Positions 18,494-33,483 of a stretch of DNA of 64,000 nucleotides are shown here, piece by piece. Below the pieces are notes generated by a model that saw only the letters and a program-made list of their open reading frames with translations, ran no database searches and had not been told where the DNA came from. Position numbers and translations under genes: made by a program. Position 1 is the stretch's first letter; every line of letters begins with the position of its first letter. Source of the DNA: the human T2T-CHM13v2.0 reference genome, Homo sapiens; the NCBI RefSeq assembly GCF_009914755.1, contig NC_060935.1, one strand, 5' to 3'.

Positions 18494-21400
18494 AGTCCAT
18501 CAGTGAGAGCCCTGGCCTTAGATAGACACAGGAGATATCCATCCATAGGAGAGAAAGAAGAGAAAGAATAAAGATGCAGGTTCTGATAGATGGAGAGATA
18601 GATGATAACATGTTGCTTGTCCCAGTGGCTGGCACACAGTCAGTGATTAATTATTATGTTTACCATCTCATTCAATCATACCACATTACCTCTAGCTGCA
18701 GCAAGGCTTCCAGGCACAGGACTAAGACTTTAGATGCAATGACTCATTAATTTATTAATTCAATAAACATTTATTGAGTATTTCTCTTGGATGCTTAAAA
18801 TTATATTGTAGATTCAAGCAAATAAATTCAATAAATATTTGGTAAGAAATGGCAATAAACAAAGTATTTTAGTGGGTGTCACAAAGGATCAAAGATGAAT
18901 CTCAAAAAAAAGATTAAATTTATATATCATTTCTAAAATAAATAAGTATATATTATGTGGTATAAACCAAAATAACAGTCAAAATGATTATAGCAGAACT
19001 AAATCTATTATATATGATTTTGTGAAATTTAGGCTTATGACAAACATCACATATAAGTATGCATTTTTTCCCCAGTAATTCACTAAGAATCAAATTTTAT
19101 CCAGTTTGAAAATGAGAACTATGGAAGAAATCTAGGAGTCAGAAGAAAATTTGATACCAATTGTTCTCTAATCCTCATCTCACTGGAATTGTCTTTAAGA
19201 TTAGGAAACATTGTTATTCCATTTTTGAAGTTCATTGAGTTCATTTCTCTAATCACATCATATTTTCGTTCTTCTATATCATTGACCTCTACTTTGAAGA
19301 AATAGAGAATCTTCTCCCTCTGCCCATGTTATTTCAGGTTTCCCAAGACTCTGGTCTTTTTTGACCTCTTCTTTCTGCACAATATTCCTGGGTAATCACA
19401 TCTATGCAATTGCAGTTTCGAGTATCACTTATATGCAGACAAATAATAGCGATGTCTTCCACTTTATAAATCTCCTGTGTGCTAGAGCTGTACATCCCAA
19501 CCAGCCATTCAATCTCTCCCTCATGATGTCTCATAGGTATCTTCAATTTAACAGGTTCACCTCCTAGAAACCAAGGAATTATCCGAGTTCTTCCTTTCTC
19601 TCCCGACTACATCTGCTCTGACATCCATTATATCAGTTCTTCCTTCAATAGTCATTGACACAAACAGTTTCTGAGTGCAGCAATTACAGTTTTTACCTGG
19701 GTTATTGCTAATAGTCTCCTGTTTGGTCTTTCTGTTTCCAATTCTTTTTCCCTGTCATTGAAACTGTATTTCTAATATACAGATCTGATTAAGTTACATT
19801 TCTTCTTAAAATTCTTCAAGTGTACCTATCCTGAGGATATACTGAAATACTTAATGGAAACATTAATGCACATACAAAGATGTTAATCATAGTATAATAT
19901 TAGTGAAAAATGGAAATGACATAAATTTTCAACAGTAAGGGAATAGTTATGTTCACAATAATGTATCCATTCACTGGAATATCCTGCAGCCAACAGTAAT
20001 AATTTTCCAGGAAACTAAAGTGGGCTTATTCTAAGGGATGCATATTGGAGCTAGCACAAATTTATGTTCTCATTTCTATAACCCACACAGACCTTCTCTA
20101 ACTTAACACACCAAGAAAATTGCTTCATGTTTATGGTGATCATATGTAATTTCAATAGGCCTCAGAAACTCTGTCTATCTTATCCCAATTTAAATATAAG
20201 TAGTCACATATGGCAATCACCAACCTTTTAGTGCCTGTTGCTCTTGCTTTCATCATCCCAGATTTTTGTCTCCTGCATCCATACCCCAAATTTAGGACAG
20301 CGACTCTAGCTCTCTGCAGAGTTCCCACCTGCGCCTTGTGTATGCCTTTGGTTTTGGTACCCTCTGCCTCCTACATTTTTGAGCAAAGATTTCTTTGCTC
20401 CAGTTCCTAGTCCTATGTACAATGCATCTTCAATGCATCTTCAGAACTTACACCTAGAATTCTGAATTTCCAGGCTTCCCACACTCACTTGAGGCAATGG
20501 ATGAGAAATGGCCACTGTCCTATTACTGCAGTGGGGAATGCAGCACAATCAAATGAGAATGTGAAGTTACATGATCTGGAAACTGTTGTCACTACACAAC
20601 TGATAACTATGGAGTTTGAATCTATGACATTCACAAGGATTACCAAGAAAGATATTCCCTTACCCAGTCTCCTTCCTAAGATTGATTTCAGGTGAATGGG
20701 CTGAAGAGAGGGGGAGAAGTCTTCCTAAGAAATGCCCAGGCTTTCTCCTGCATAGGTGACTTGCAGTTTGCAGGAGCCCGGAAAGACTTCTCTTTCTGTC
20801 TGCTTATCTAAGGAGAGTGGGTGATCGACAGCCCTAGTAAAATAAAGGAGTCCCTTTTACTGAGATGCACGGGATTTGGAGACGCAAGTAATATATTCGA
20901 CAGTCCTATATGCCAGGACATAGTGAATACTGATAAAAATAATAAATAAATGTTTCTTTCTGAGAGGGTAAAAAAAAGAAGTTGGAGGCTTCTTATATTC
21001 TGGCATTCATCTTGTTAATTTAATATTTGGAAGGAAACTTCTCTCTGTTGTAGGTTGAGGAAAATACTTCATTTTCCCATAACTATAGACCTTAATACCC
21101 AGTGAGGGCAGAGAAGGTGTGTTCTACCCACCATAGCCCAGAGTCTAGCACAGCCTCTGGCACATAGGTGACAGTAGATATTTGTGGAATGAACTAAATA
21201 ATGACTGCCTATTTGCCTCATGGCCTAATCCTGTCCGTAGAATGCCATTTCATGTGTGAGGGTTTATTCCTCAGCAGAGACAGATACACTCTTCCCTGAC
21301 TGTAGCATTTGTCAGGCAGGATGATTCATTTTGGCCATCTGACTCTCCATGTGGCCAGGGCATCAGTCACCTCTTTAGTCTGCAATGATCAGGCTTGCTC

Positions 21401-21904
21401 TAAGTTGCCAATGGTCTCTTCATGGCCAAATCTAACTATATTATCATACCTTTCAGGCACACATCACACTAATCCTCTTTCTTGAAATCCTCCCATGCTT
21501 TCATTTAAAAAATTATATGTCCCTAGCCTAGATCTCCCTCAGATTGAGTTCCATATATCCACTCAATTGTCTAAGAAGTATCTCAAATTCGTGGTGTCCA
21601 AATTGAGTTTATATTCATTCCCAAAAAAGCTCCTTGTACTGTATTTGTCATCTCAGTTAATTAGCTGGATTAATCAAGTTGTCTTTGTTCCCTTCTCTTC
21701 AATTGAATTCAAATTTCTATAAACTTTCTAGTTTTCTACCAGTTTACTTGATTTAAATGGACATTTGGAACCTATATTGTTTTCTAGCAGTGTTAAGGAT
21801 TAGATAGTGTTTGTTTCTGTCCCTTCAATGACATAATAAAAGTAATAGCAAGAAACAGAGCAAGAAAACAAAGAGATAGATATTATCATTCTATGATAAT
21901 AGAT

Positions 21905-22110
21905 GGTGTTTGTTAAGTACTTACTATATGCTAAGCATTCTAAACTATATATGTATAATATATATTATATACATATATAAATTTATTTATTCTTCAAAAC
22001 ATCTCTATGAAGCAGATGCTATTATCATTCTCATTATACTAAGAAGGAAACTAAGGCACAAGAGGTTACTTAATTTGTCTTTGATTATAACAGCTAGAAA
22101 GTGATAGAAA
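21905..22110 (-). mobile_element. MIR SINE
   Basis: AAGTACTTACTATATGC...AGGAAACTAAGGCACAAGAGGTTA. Confidence 0.75.
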
Positions 22111-24089
22111 TATCAGTTAACCTTGAGAACCTGCATTCTTACATTGCTATTCACATTTTAACTCAATGTTAACTCTTACATTGTTATTCACATTTTTCTT
22201 ACATTGTGTCCCTTCTATTTAAACAATTCTTTCTTAATAATTCCTACATATATTTCAGGACCATAGTACCCACTGTTACTTAAATTAAATTACCACTAGT
22301 CGCATCGATTGCTACTGTTTCTTGTATGTTAAAATTTTGCCATCTTGAGATCTTTATGCTAATGCAACCTTCATTTGGCTAGAGTACTTTGATGAGTTTC
22401 TTTTTCTTATCAGAAAGGAAGCATGCATGTGATACTTTCTGAGAGCTTGCATATCTAAAAATACAAATTTCTTGCTCTCATGAATGAACAAAATTTGATT
22501 GGGTATGGTAATGCATGATCACCATCTCTTTTCCTAAAAAATCCACAGATATTGCTTCATTGTTACTGTATTTCCAATATCATAAATGAAAATATTGGTA
22601 CCAATCTGAGTCTCCTCCTTTTTAGGTAATTGCTCTTTTCTATATGGAAGCTTTTATGACTTTATTTTTTGATTCCAGAATGTCACCACGATGTGTATAA
22701 ATGTATGTAGATATTTTTCAATGATCTTGCCAAGTATTTAGGTTTTCAGCTCAGATAAATTCTCCTCCAGTTCAATTTTCATTGTTATTTCTTATCCATG
22801 AGCTACTTCTTTCCTTTTAACTTACCATTGTTTAGAAATTAGAACACTTGGGTTTGTCTACATGAGTTTTCTCATAATTTCTATCTCTTTGTTTTCTTGT
22901 TCTGTACTCATGGAGAGTTATTTGTTTCAATTATTAAATTGCTTAATTCAGTTTTTGGTAGCATACATTCTTGTTTATCACCTCTATTGATTCTTTTTTA
23001 TTTTGGCAAATATAATTTTTTATTGAAACACACTTTCTTATTGTCAATTTTTTCTTTATTATGGCAGCTGGCTATGTCTTATCAATGCAATATCCCATTA
23101 ACAGATGACAGAATTTAGAATTCTTTAAAGATTTTTACTATTCGCTGTATCAATTCTTTTTTAAAAAAAATGGCCCATTTGCCCTGATTTCTCAGTGTAA
23201 TACTCTATTTTGAAGTGCCAATTTTAAAAATTTGCTCCATGATATTTTTTTTTACCCTTGAAGAGCTACATATATATTTTTTCATTGGGATGGGCTCCTT
23301 CAAATCTTATATAACTTTGGCATCTGTAGACCTAGAAAAATAGCAGTTGGATTTGTTTTCTGAAAAGATCATAGATGACAGGTGGCAAACCCTCTCATGC
23401 ATGGCAGATAGGCACATACATGTTCACCCAAAGTGGGTCTCTTCTAAAAGATAAATGACTACAAGATCCCTCTTATATGATAAAAGTGGCTATGGGAGTC
23501 TCATCTAATCATCATATTAATTCCTTGAAAGACTATAAGGGAGGGAGGGCCAGAAATATGACTACCAAGCAGGCCCTTTGACTTGGGCAACCACCTATGG
23601 ATAGTCTTGGCTCATACCTTTGTCTATTTCTAGGAAACAGGGCGGCACAGACTTGCTTAAGCCAAGAGAGCTGCCACTTGACTATCTTCTACCTGCATTT
23701 AGCAACTAATGGCAAACAATGGGCATGTGCTTGTCCTTTAATCCATCCTCCTTTTAACATCTTTTTATGAACCCAGAGTTGCAGTTATGTTCGTTTGGTC
23801 CCTCTCTAACAAGGGACTTTTCCAATGATGATAATTTAGCTGTAATTTTCCTTCAGTATTTACTGGATTGCCTCAGTAGCAAATTCAACTTAGGTTTCTA
23901 TCCTTTCAGAATTCTAAGTATCTTATATGTTTTATTTTCTATTATTTCCATTTTGAAATAATGAAAGTACATTTCTTCATCCCTAAGAATTAACCATTGT
24001 CTACATTCATCTTCCCCTCTATGGGCCACAGGTTATTCATGTAAAGCTTACCAACTGGCCATCACCCCTATAGATTGTTTCCTTGGACA

Positions 24090-25180
24090 ATACAGTCAGA
24101 TGAGAAATGCTATGAAAACATAACTCAGTTCTGAAAAACAGCTTCTCTATGAGGGAAAGGATGTTCCAAATAGATCAGCAGGAGCAAGACTTGGTGGTAT
24201 GAGAAAGATGATAGATTCTGGAATGTACAAAATATCTGGTATGTCTGCAATGAAGCATGGCAAAAGATAAAGCTAGAGACCTGGGCAAGGGCCAGATCAT
24301 GAGATCTTTAATACCATGGCAAGGAGTTTGAATGTTATCCAGAAAGCAATCAGAAGTTGAAGGCTTTTAAGGAAAGAGCAATAAGATTAGATGTGTGTTG
24401 TAAGCAAATCATTCTGGTAGCAGTGTGGGAAATGAATTGGAGGAGGGGAGAATGCAGTGAAGAAACCCATTAGGAAGCTATTAAACAGGTTTAGGTGAGA
24501 ATTTATGAGACTTCTACTAGAATCAGTAGCAATGTAGAGAATAGTGAAGAGATTTGAAATTACTTAGTAAGTAGAGCAAACAGATTTGCTGTTAGATTAC
24601 ACAAGGGAATAGAAGAAGCAGCCAGAGCCTAGAATGGCTTGTTAATGGGTGTGCCTGGTGGTGCCATTACCTGAATCAGGGAAATGGGAGAGGAATTGAG
24701 TGAAGGAAAAAGAGACCATACTGTGCCTACCTTATCTAAGACATTTCAGGGCAAATGTCCAAAGATGTCCAATATCTACAACCATAGATCACACATATAT
24801 AGCAAAATTATTCAGTAAAGACATATAAGCCAGATCTATACATATGAATATTAATAGCATATTGTTGATATGTAAAAAAGGATAATAAAACTAAATACGA
24901 TTTTTGTGTTATTAGTGTGGTCTAGATATTATACTGATGTCTTAAGGAATAGACAGAAGAGAAGAGCCTAGAATCTAAGGGACAAGAGTCAGAGAGGTAA
25001 ACAGAATATGAGGAGACTGTGAGGTCCAAAAACAGTGGGAAAAGGAGAGGAGGGAGCGTAGAAGTGTAGAATAAAGATGTCCAATATTCTAGAGATGTCC
25101 TGTTCTAGAGATGTCCGATAAGTTGAAGACTAAAAAATGTCCTTTGACTTTGACAATTAGGAAGTTACTAAAATTCTCAT
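24090..25180 (-). mobile_element. L2 LINE fragment
   Basis: GGGCCAGATCATG...GGCAAGGAGTTTGAATGTTATCC...CATTCTGGTAGCAGTGTGG. Confidence 0.7.
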
Positions 25181-25520
25181 TAAAGAAAAGGACAGACAAA
25201 GGGAATGTAAGAGTTCCAATCTCTTTCCTGAGAATTGCATTTGACTTCAGTTAGTCACCCCTTGAACAAGTTTTAGAGGAAGTATCTGAAATTAGACCAA
25301 AGTCTCAGAAAAAAAAAGTGTGGTTGGTTATTGTTGGAAGTGAATAGAGCTATATTCTGGAAAGAATAGGGGAAAGGATAAACAAATCCTGTCCCTACAG
25401 AGCAGGTTGAGGCAAATGAGGAAATGAGGAGGCCACCACACTTATGCATAAGAAAAGATGGTCGAGGCTGAGGTACCAGGATGTGCTTGAGTAAGATGAC
25501 TTAGAGGGAGGAAGAATGAA

Positions 25521-25945
25521 TGTACTGGATGCCGGGATGTGTCATCTGGATCCCCCTTCCAGGAACGAGGCACTCATTCTTCCAGCTGCCAGGAAGGTTG
25601 GATACTGGTTGCTAAAGGCTGAGTCCCTCCCAGAAATTGTCCCTGTCAAGGGTTTTTCTCCCTACCCATTGGCAACCTGTATTTAATGACTGGTTGATGC
25701 AAAGGTATCAGGACCCAGTCTCCTTGCCTCTGTTCAAGACATCTCCAAAGGGCCATTTCAGCTTCAGAATTCCCATGAGACTGGCTGAAACTTCAGTGCC
25801 ACTGCATCTCACTTTAAGCATTCTCTCAGCAAAATCCAGTTTCCTTCTTACTCCTTTGTATGGATTATTCCCAAGAACAGTCTTCAACAAAACTCCTGCA
25901 TCAAATCTTGATTGCAAAGTCTGTTTCTGGGGAACTTAACCTGAG
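25521..25945 (+). mobile_element. LTR16-family (ERVL) solo LTR
   Basis: CCAAAGGGCCATTTCAGCTTCAGAATTCCC...AAAGTCTGTTTCTGGGGAACTTAACCTGAG. Confidence 0.75.
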
Positions 25946-28769
25946 GGAGTATGCATATTATAATCACCTTTATGCCTCTCATATTTGGATCTAGCTACAG
26001 GAACAGTCTTGATTTCATCATTTAGAGGACTTATCAAAAGACTCCAAATGAGAAGTTAATATGACATAATTTTAAGGCAGTAGTTCTCAACTAGAAGCAG
26101 GAGTTGGAGATAAGGAAAGTATATTCTATAGCTGTACCTACTTGTATCCACCTTTGATACTTTTCTTCCCCAAATTCTGACACCTCACGTAACCCCACCA
26201 CCTCCTTGAGAAACACTATTCTAAATACTATTGAACTCTCTGCCTATTGGCGTGGACCTGTTTTGAGGGGTCACTGTAGATAGAATGGCATATTACTGAC
26301 ACTAGGTAGTTGCTAGAGGTGAGAGGAAAGGCACTGAAGAGCTAAGCTTTATGGGTTTTTTTTTGAGGAAACACTTCAGTATATTTATATTCTGAATGGA
26401 AAATATCAGTGGAGAGAAAGAGGAGTTATGAATTCTAGAGAAAGAAGAAATAGTTAATAGAAGAAATAAGATAATAATAAAATAAGAATAATTAATAATT
26501 AATTTACAGGGCTTGGTTGGTATAGGGTCTTGTCATATTCCAACTAAGCCCTATAAATTAGTCTCCAATAGACTTACCTCCACAATCATTGAGCTGGACT
26601 CATATTAAGCATCTTTAGAATTAGAGTTCCCATACCTAAACCCTCTAACCTCTAAGACCAAAGTTTGATGATATTTGACAGAGGTTTCCAATGCTCTTCT
26701 GACGCACTTCTAAATGTCTTGGTTGCCCTGGATCTTAACTGCTGTGGATGATCAGGAGGGCAAGTTTCAACCTATTTGGGGAATCCTTATAGCTCTGTAT
26801 ACCTCTTGCCTATAGCTTTCCTGATGGTTTGGGTAGTTTTATAGTTGCTATCATTCTTTTTAAATAGAAATCCAAAGATTAATATGTGCTTTCATATCTA
26901 ACAGATAAATATGAGCTATAATTATGATGAAACAAAACTGGAAGTCAAGATAAATGTTCTCATCAGTGAAGGAAGAAAATGCTCAGGAATGGTCATGCAG
27001 TAAAGTTTCACTGCAATTAGAAATCACTCCTGGATGTTGACACTTACTTCTGATTTCCAATGGGAGAATAAATTGACTAAAAGGAAGGGACAGAATATGA
27101 AAGAGGAGGGGAAAAAGAAAAACAGGGGTGTTACAGGCTGCAGTTTGAAGGTTAATTTTTTTTTTTTTTTTGATAATGCTTTGAGGGAGGAAAGCAAATG
27201 GCCCTGTTAAGAAATGATTGCTTTACTGCTTGGGGGCTATTAACAAGATATGATCTGAGATGCAATGCTCCTCGTGGGTCATAAAGATGACTATATACAA
27301 GAGCTGATCATTAGAAAAATGATTAAGGCTATTATTAACGCATTACTCAATTACTTATTAATTACTTTAAAATGTGGCTAGAAATGAGGCAATTAGGAGT
27401 TCACAGTCCTAATTGGTATTTGACATCACAGAGTGTGAATTGATGAGCACCAGCTGCTCTGACATTTTGCCTGGTGATCAGCTACTGAGGAAGCAGGCTG
27501 TAAAGCGATACTCTATCATCTCTCTTTTCACAGCATGGCCAAGCTCAGGGAGGACAGATGTTTCCCGTGGACGAATAAAAAAGCACTCACACTTCCATCT
27601 GACTAGAGAGCTGTGAAGTCAGTAGAAAGTAAGAGGGAAGCTGTATGTTGGTCTTTCCCATGGTGGACACTGGAACTAAAGCTGCAACCAAAAACATGGG
27701 GTGATTTCAGGTATGGCTGCATTCAAAATTAAACTTTTTAAATTTTAGGTAGTGGGTTATTAGCCAACCAGGCACAGAACAAATACTGATACTACAGCCT
27801 TCCAGTTCCTCTTGCCTGTAGAGCAAGGCACTCAAGACACCCTCCATTCAGGTCTGCAGACGGCATTTTGGGGTCTTTTGATTGTGTGTCTGTCAGCTTT
27901 GTTAAAAAGTAAAGATGTTCAAGGAAGTGACCTCTTCCCATGCATTTCTCCGGGCTTTTCACTTCCAAATAGATACCTTTATATTTGTGTGAATATATTC
28001 TAACCTATTAGATGTCTTCTCACATTGCTATGTATGTCTTTTTATCTTTCCTCCTTGGTGCCTTCAATCACAGCCTTTGAAACAGGAGGAACAACTCTCA
28101 TCACATTACAGACATAGAGAGTCTTCTCATGTTCAGTAGTCGGCAAAAATAATGACTATCTTTCCCAGAACATCTAGAGTTGGCTGTTTTATCAAAAATG
28201 ACTTTGGATCTTACAGGAAAATAGAGAAAATGAAAAGAAGTGTGTCTAAAAGGAGAGGAAGTAAGCATGGGAGGTAGAGGGGAATGAAAAAAGGAATCGA
28301 GAAAAGAGGCAAACGAAGCAGAGGGGAGTGCAGGGAGAGCAAAGCAGTATAAAGCTTATGAGGTGTGTGAGCTGTAAATTTTAGGCATGTAAGAAAAAGC
28401 AGGGCTGTCTCCTTGTCCCCATCCCAAGGCATTTTCCTCTCTAAACATTTGAGGGAAGGAGAAATTTGCCTTGTATCCACTTCTGGGCCAGTTCATGCTG
28501 AAGCCTTCTCTGTTATCATCTAATTTCTCATACCTACTTTCACGTATGCCTTAAGATGTCTTTGCTCTGAGACGATCACCTGGAGCTTTGGAGCTGCCAT
28601 CTCCATCACTTTGGCGTTGCTGCCACCATGCTGACCTCCATGGAAGAATGATTCAGAGAATGAATGCCCTTTTCCTTCGAAGTTCCACCTTAATTCACCA
28701 GAGAATCACTAATGGGAGGAAGTTCAAGTAACTGAAGTTTAGGAATAACTAGAGGGAATTTTTTGTGGA

Positions 28770-29312
28770 TGTGTAGTACCAGTTAGTTTTGTTGCCCAGC
28801 ATCTCTTCCTCTTGTCTGGTAATGGCATCTCTCTTCCACTTGGGAAAATGCCCCGCCCCCATTCCACTTGGTCTGGTAGAATATCATCACAGCGCCTTCT
28901 CCTCCTGGCAACACACCCCATGTGTTTCAAGTAGACACGTGACCCAAACAAGGAACTCAGAATCCTTTCTTGAGATTGATATATGGGAAAAAGCATCTAT
29001 CCTTTTCCTGAAGTTACTAAGCTCAGATAGTATAAACGTGGAGCTTCTGGCAACCATTTTCCCTAACTGCCTAAAAAAAGTCCATCTACACTTGGATAAA
29101 ATGAGACCAAGTAGCAGACTAAAAAGTTGGGAGGAGGAGGAAGAAGAGGAAGATAAGAAGGGAGTGGGGGAGAAAGGGGGAAAGAGAGGGAGAGAGAGAA
29201 TCTAATAAAGAAAGAGAGGCAGAGACAGAGACAGAGAGAGGGAATCTAATAAAAAGAGAAAGAGAGAAAGAATCTAGTAAAGAGAGAGGAGGACAGAGAC
29301 AAGGAGACAGAC

Positions 29313-29356
<44 letters not shown>

Positions 29357-29430
29357 TCTAATAAAATTACTTAAGCCCCAAGGGTCCAGCCCGGGGAAGC
29401 CCCAGGAAGCCAGTAACCCATGGACTTTCC
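28770..29430 (+). mobile_element. Old MLT1 (K/L-like) LTR carrying a GA-rich expansion at 29128-29363
   Basis: MaLR motifs (GACACGTGACCCAA; CCAGTAACCCATGGACTTTC) flank a polypurine compound repeat. Confidence 0.55.
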
Positions 29431-30904
29431 TTTGTTTTTGTGTTTTCTTTTCCCCAAGACAAAAGTTCTAATATGATCAGAGTCTGAAGGGTACAAGCAG
29501 GTCACATTAACTCACAAGAAATAGGTGCAGGAATTTTCAAAGACAAACTTGGGGCTTTACAAACAAACAGGATGACTTCAGTGCATATGATGGCATTAAA
29601 AACAGGGGACAAGTTGAAATGGACATTTTGTCCCTAATGATTTTCTTTTTTCCTCTAGATTTCTATTTGTAAGCTTCACATACTCTTCCCTTCTCAGACT
29701 ATTCTACCTAAAGTATGACTACCTACTACAGATGCAACTGTAGTGATATGAATGTCAGTTGGCTGACTTAACTGTACAAGAAATATGTTCATTTTTTGAT
29801 AACTCAATCTAATTTCTGAGCCTTCATTCCTTCAGTGTAGCAGAAATTTATCTCTGTCATTTTGGAGAATTCCCCCACCCTTCCCAGTGTTGCACCTAAT
29901 TTCTGGAGGATGTTCCCAGCAACAAGAGATGGGGCACAGGAGTATAGGGTTTGAGTCTGGTCTCTGGTCATCATTTTTCCATGCATGTCTAGGGCATCCA
30001 GTGTGACGGCCAACACTGGGAACACACAAGAAAACCCCACCCCTCTAGATCCCCCGGGGCCCACCCTCTCAATATCCATCTCCTGGATGCACCTCAAAAA
30101 TCATTTCTCTTCCTGGCTATTCTTGCTCTTTCTCTTTGTTCTAAGAATCCACAGACCTGTCCAAAATTTGAGTAATCTCTCCTTCCCATCTGACACTTGA
30201 ATGGGTGAGGGAGAAGGGGAGGTAACCCACGTTTTATTCACTGTAAAGTATTTCATTACACAACTATAAACATCAAGTTTTATTTACCTATTCTCTTTGT
30301 AGTAGACATTTCTGTTGCTGTCAGCTTTATATTATCTTATTTATATTAAACAATATATTTAATTATTGTTTATTATATTTTAATAATTATATTATTTATA
30401 TTAAACAATAGGTTAATTACTTTCATTAACCATGTTTTGTGGTACATACACGTGAGAATTTTTTTAGTTTGCACATCTAGAAGTGGACTGTTAGCTCATA
30501 AAGTTTGCATAGTCATAATTTTGCTAACAACTATCAATTTATCTCTGAAATTGTTATGATAATTTATGCTCCTACCAGTAATGTGTGAGAATTCTGTTTT
30601 CCCCAAATCCTTGCAAATAATTGATATCATTAGAAGTCTCAATATTTGTCTACTTGATGAGAGGAAAAATGGCATTGTGTTGTTGCTTTAGTTTGCGTTT
30701 CACAAAATCCAAATGAGATTGAACATCTTTTTGCAGTTTGTTGCTCCTTTGAATTTCTTTTTCTATGAACCTTATAACCTGTAGCTATTTTTTAAATGTT
30801 TATTCTTAGTGACTTATGGGAGTTCTTTACATACTCTGTGTGTGAATCCTTTGGCAAGGTTGTGGTTGTAGCATTTAGACTTTGACTCAATCTGCCTATG
30901 TTTA

Positions 30905-31520
<616 letters not shown>

Positions 31521-32290
31521 GGTAACTTCTTAGAATGTAGGGAGAGTAGAGGGAAATACAATGAGAAAAACATAAAGAACTCACATTCTTCCCAACTCTT
31601 TCACAGAAGCAGAAACAAGACAACCATCATTAGGTCAACAAATTACCCTGGTATACACTTTATGGTGTTCTTGCAGGGTTCCTTAACTTTTCACATGCTC
31701 CTTCTTGTCCGTTCTCATTTTGCGTGCCATTCAAACTTCTACACATCTTTGCAAATTTAGCACAAAAAACATATTTTAAAAGAATTTATTAAGTAAACTC
31801 TCCTTTGCCTCCTAAAGCTTCTGAAACATGGTCCTTAGCTCACAGTATTGTAATATTCTCTGCATCTCTGCTCAACCCTCTAAGGGCATTGAGGGTAAAG
31901 ACTATGCCTCATTCATCTCAATATTCCCAGTGGCTAGGATCATTAGAAGGGATTCTCACTACATGTTGAATGACTGGCTGACAGAAGCTGTTTCGACTGC
32001 AGGAAAAATAATGTTTTAAAATTCTTGCCCAGAGAATCAGTAATTAAAAGGGCAATGGGGAAGGTTAATTTTGGAATCATTTGGTAAACATATCTTTCAT
32101 AAATTGTAAAGTTTCATTTGGGAAATCTAGTACACATATATAATATGTATATAGCACCTGTGCACTAATGCATCACACGCAGACACACACTATATTGTAG
32201 AAATAACAACAAAATCTTGGAGTGGGGGGAAGTAGCTTACTATAGCTCTTCCTAGAATCCATCTTAGAGCTTATTTAAAAGAAACAATTC

Positions 32291-32380
32291 CGGAGCCTGC
32301 AGTAAGCCGAGATCGCGCCACTGCACTCCAGCCTGGGCGACAGCGAGACTCCGTCTAAAAAAAAAAAAAAGAAAAAGAAA
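32291..32380 (+). mobile_element. Severely 5'-truncated young Alu (AluY-like 3' 66 bp plus A-tail)
   Basis: GCAGTAAGCCGAGATCGCGCCACTGCACTCCAGCCTGGGCGACAGCGAGACTCCGTCT plus A-tail; perfect TSD AAAAGAAACAATTC at 32277-32290 and 32381-32394. Confidence 0.93.
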
Positions 32381-33329
32381 AAAAGAAACAATTCATTCTT
32401 TTCCAGGCCTCAGCACAGATTTCTGCTAACTTGAGCTCCTGGGCTGCTAACACATCAGAGAGAAAGGAAGGTGTCATTTAGTAATGTGGCTGCTACTGAT
32501 GACACAATCATCTTTCATGAAAAAAGTTAGCTCCAGGGGAGGGCTGCCTATTATAGCAAAAAGATGGGAAGTTAAGAGAATTGGTTGCTAGGTTTTCTTT
32601 GTGGGGAAGCAAGCTAAATTTTTTTGCTGAGTATGACAAAAATGCAAGCTATTTATTCTGATTGAGATAATATTAGAAAAGAAGAGGTTGAAAACCAGAA
32701 ATACAAATCTTGAGAGGTACAAGGACTGTAAAGTCACAAGGGAAAGGCACCTGATTGTTTTGCTGACCCTTTATATACTGGGGACCTAACACAACGCCTG
32801 GTACTGGTAGATGCTTGTTATATTTGTTGGATGACTACATAAACAAATATCTCCTGTATTCTACTAGTATCCCCTTAGCTTTCTTCAACAATTCTGTAAT
32901 TATTATAAAAATACAATATTATTTTCAATTTATTATTTTCAAATTATTTCAATAGTATTTTCAAAATTGCAAAAAAGAGAATAAATGAAAAGCCATCCAT
33001 AATTCATTCATTAAGATAAAATTAGGTTTTAAGTATTTTCCTCTAGTTATTTTTCTGTATACACATGCATTGGTATTTGTAGGTGTGTGTGCATAGATAC
33101 ACAGAAATATGATTATGTAACATAAATAATTTTTCATTTACATTTTGAATATTTTTGAGGTTATTAAATAATTTATTTGAGAATATGATTTATAATTGTG
33201 GTAAAAATACAATATTATTTATCTGCATTTAATCTATCAACATTTAACTTTATTATTATTAATCTATCAACATTTAACTATTCTTCCCTATTGTTAGACA
33301 ATGAAACTTTTCAAATAGCTGCTATTTTA

Positions 33330-33483
33330 TTTGATTTTTTAATTCTAGAGACAAAGTCTTGCTCTGTCGCCCAGGCTGGAGTGCAGTGGCACGTCTGTAG
33401 CTCACTGCAGACTTGAATGCCTGGCATCAAGTGATCCTCCTGCCTCAGCCTCCTGAGTAGCTGGGACTACAGGCGCAAGCCAC
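33330..33483 (-). mobile_element. Alu monomer (FRAM or AluJ right arm)
   Basis: Single Alu arm with perfect 16-bp TSD AATAGCTGCTATTTTA at 33314-33329 and 33484-33499. Confidence 0.9.
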
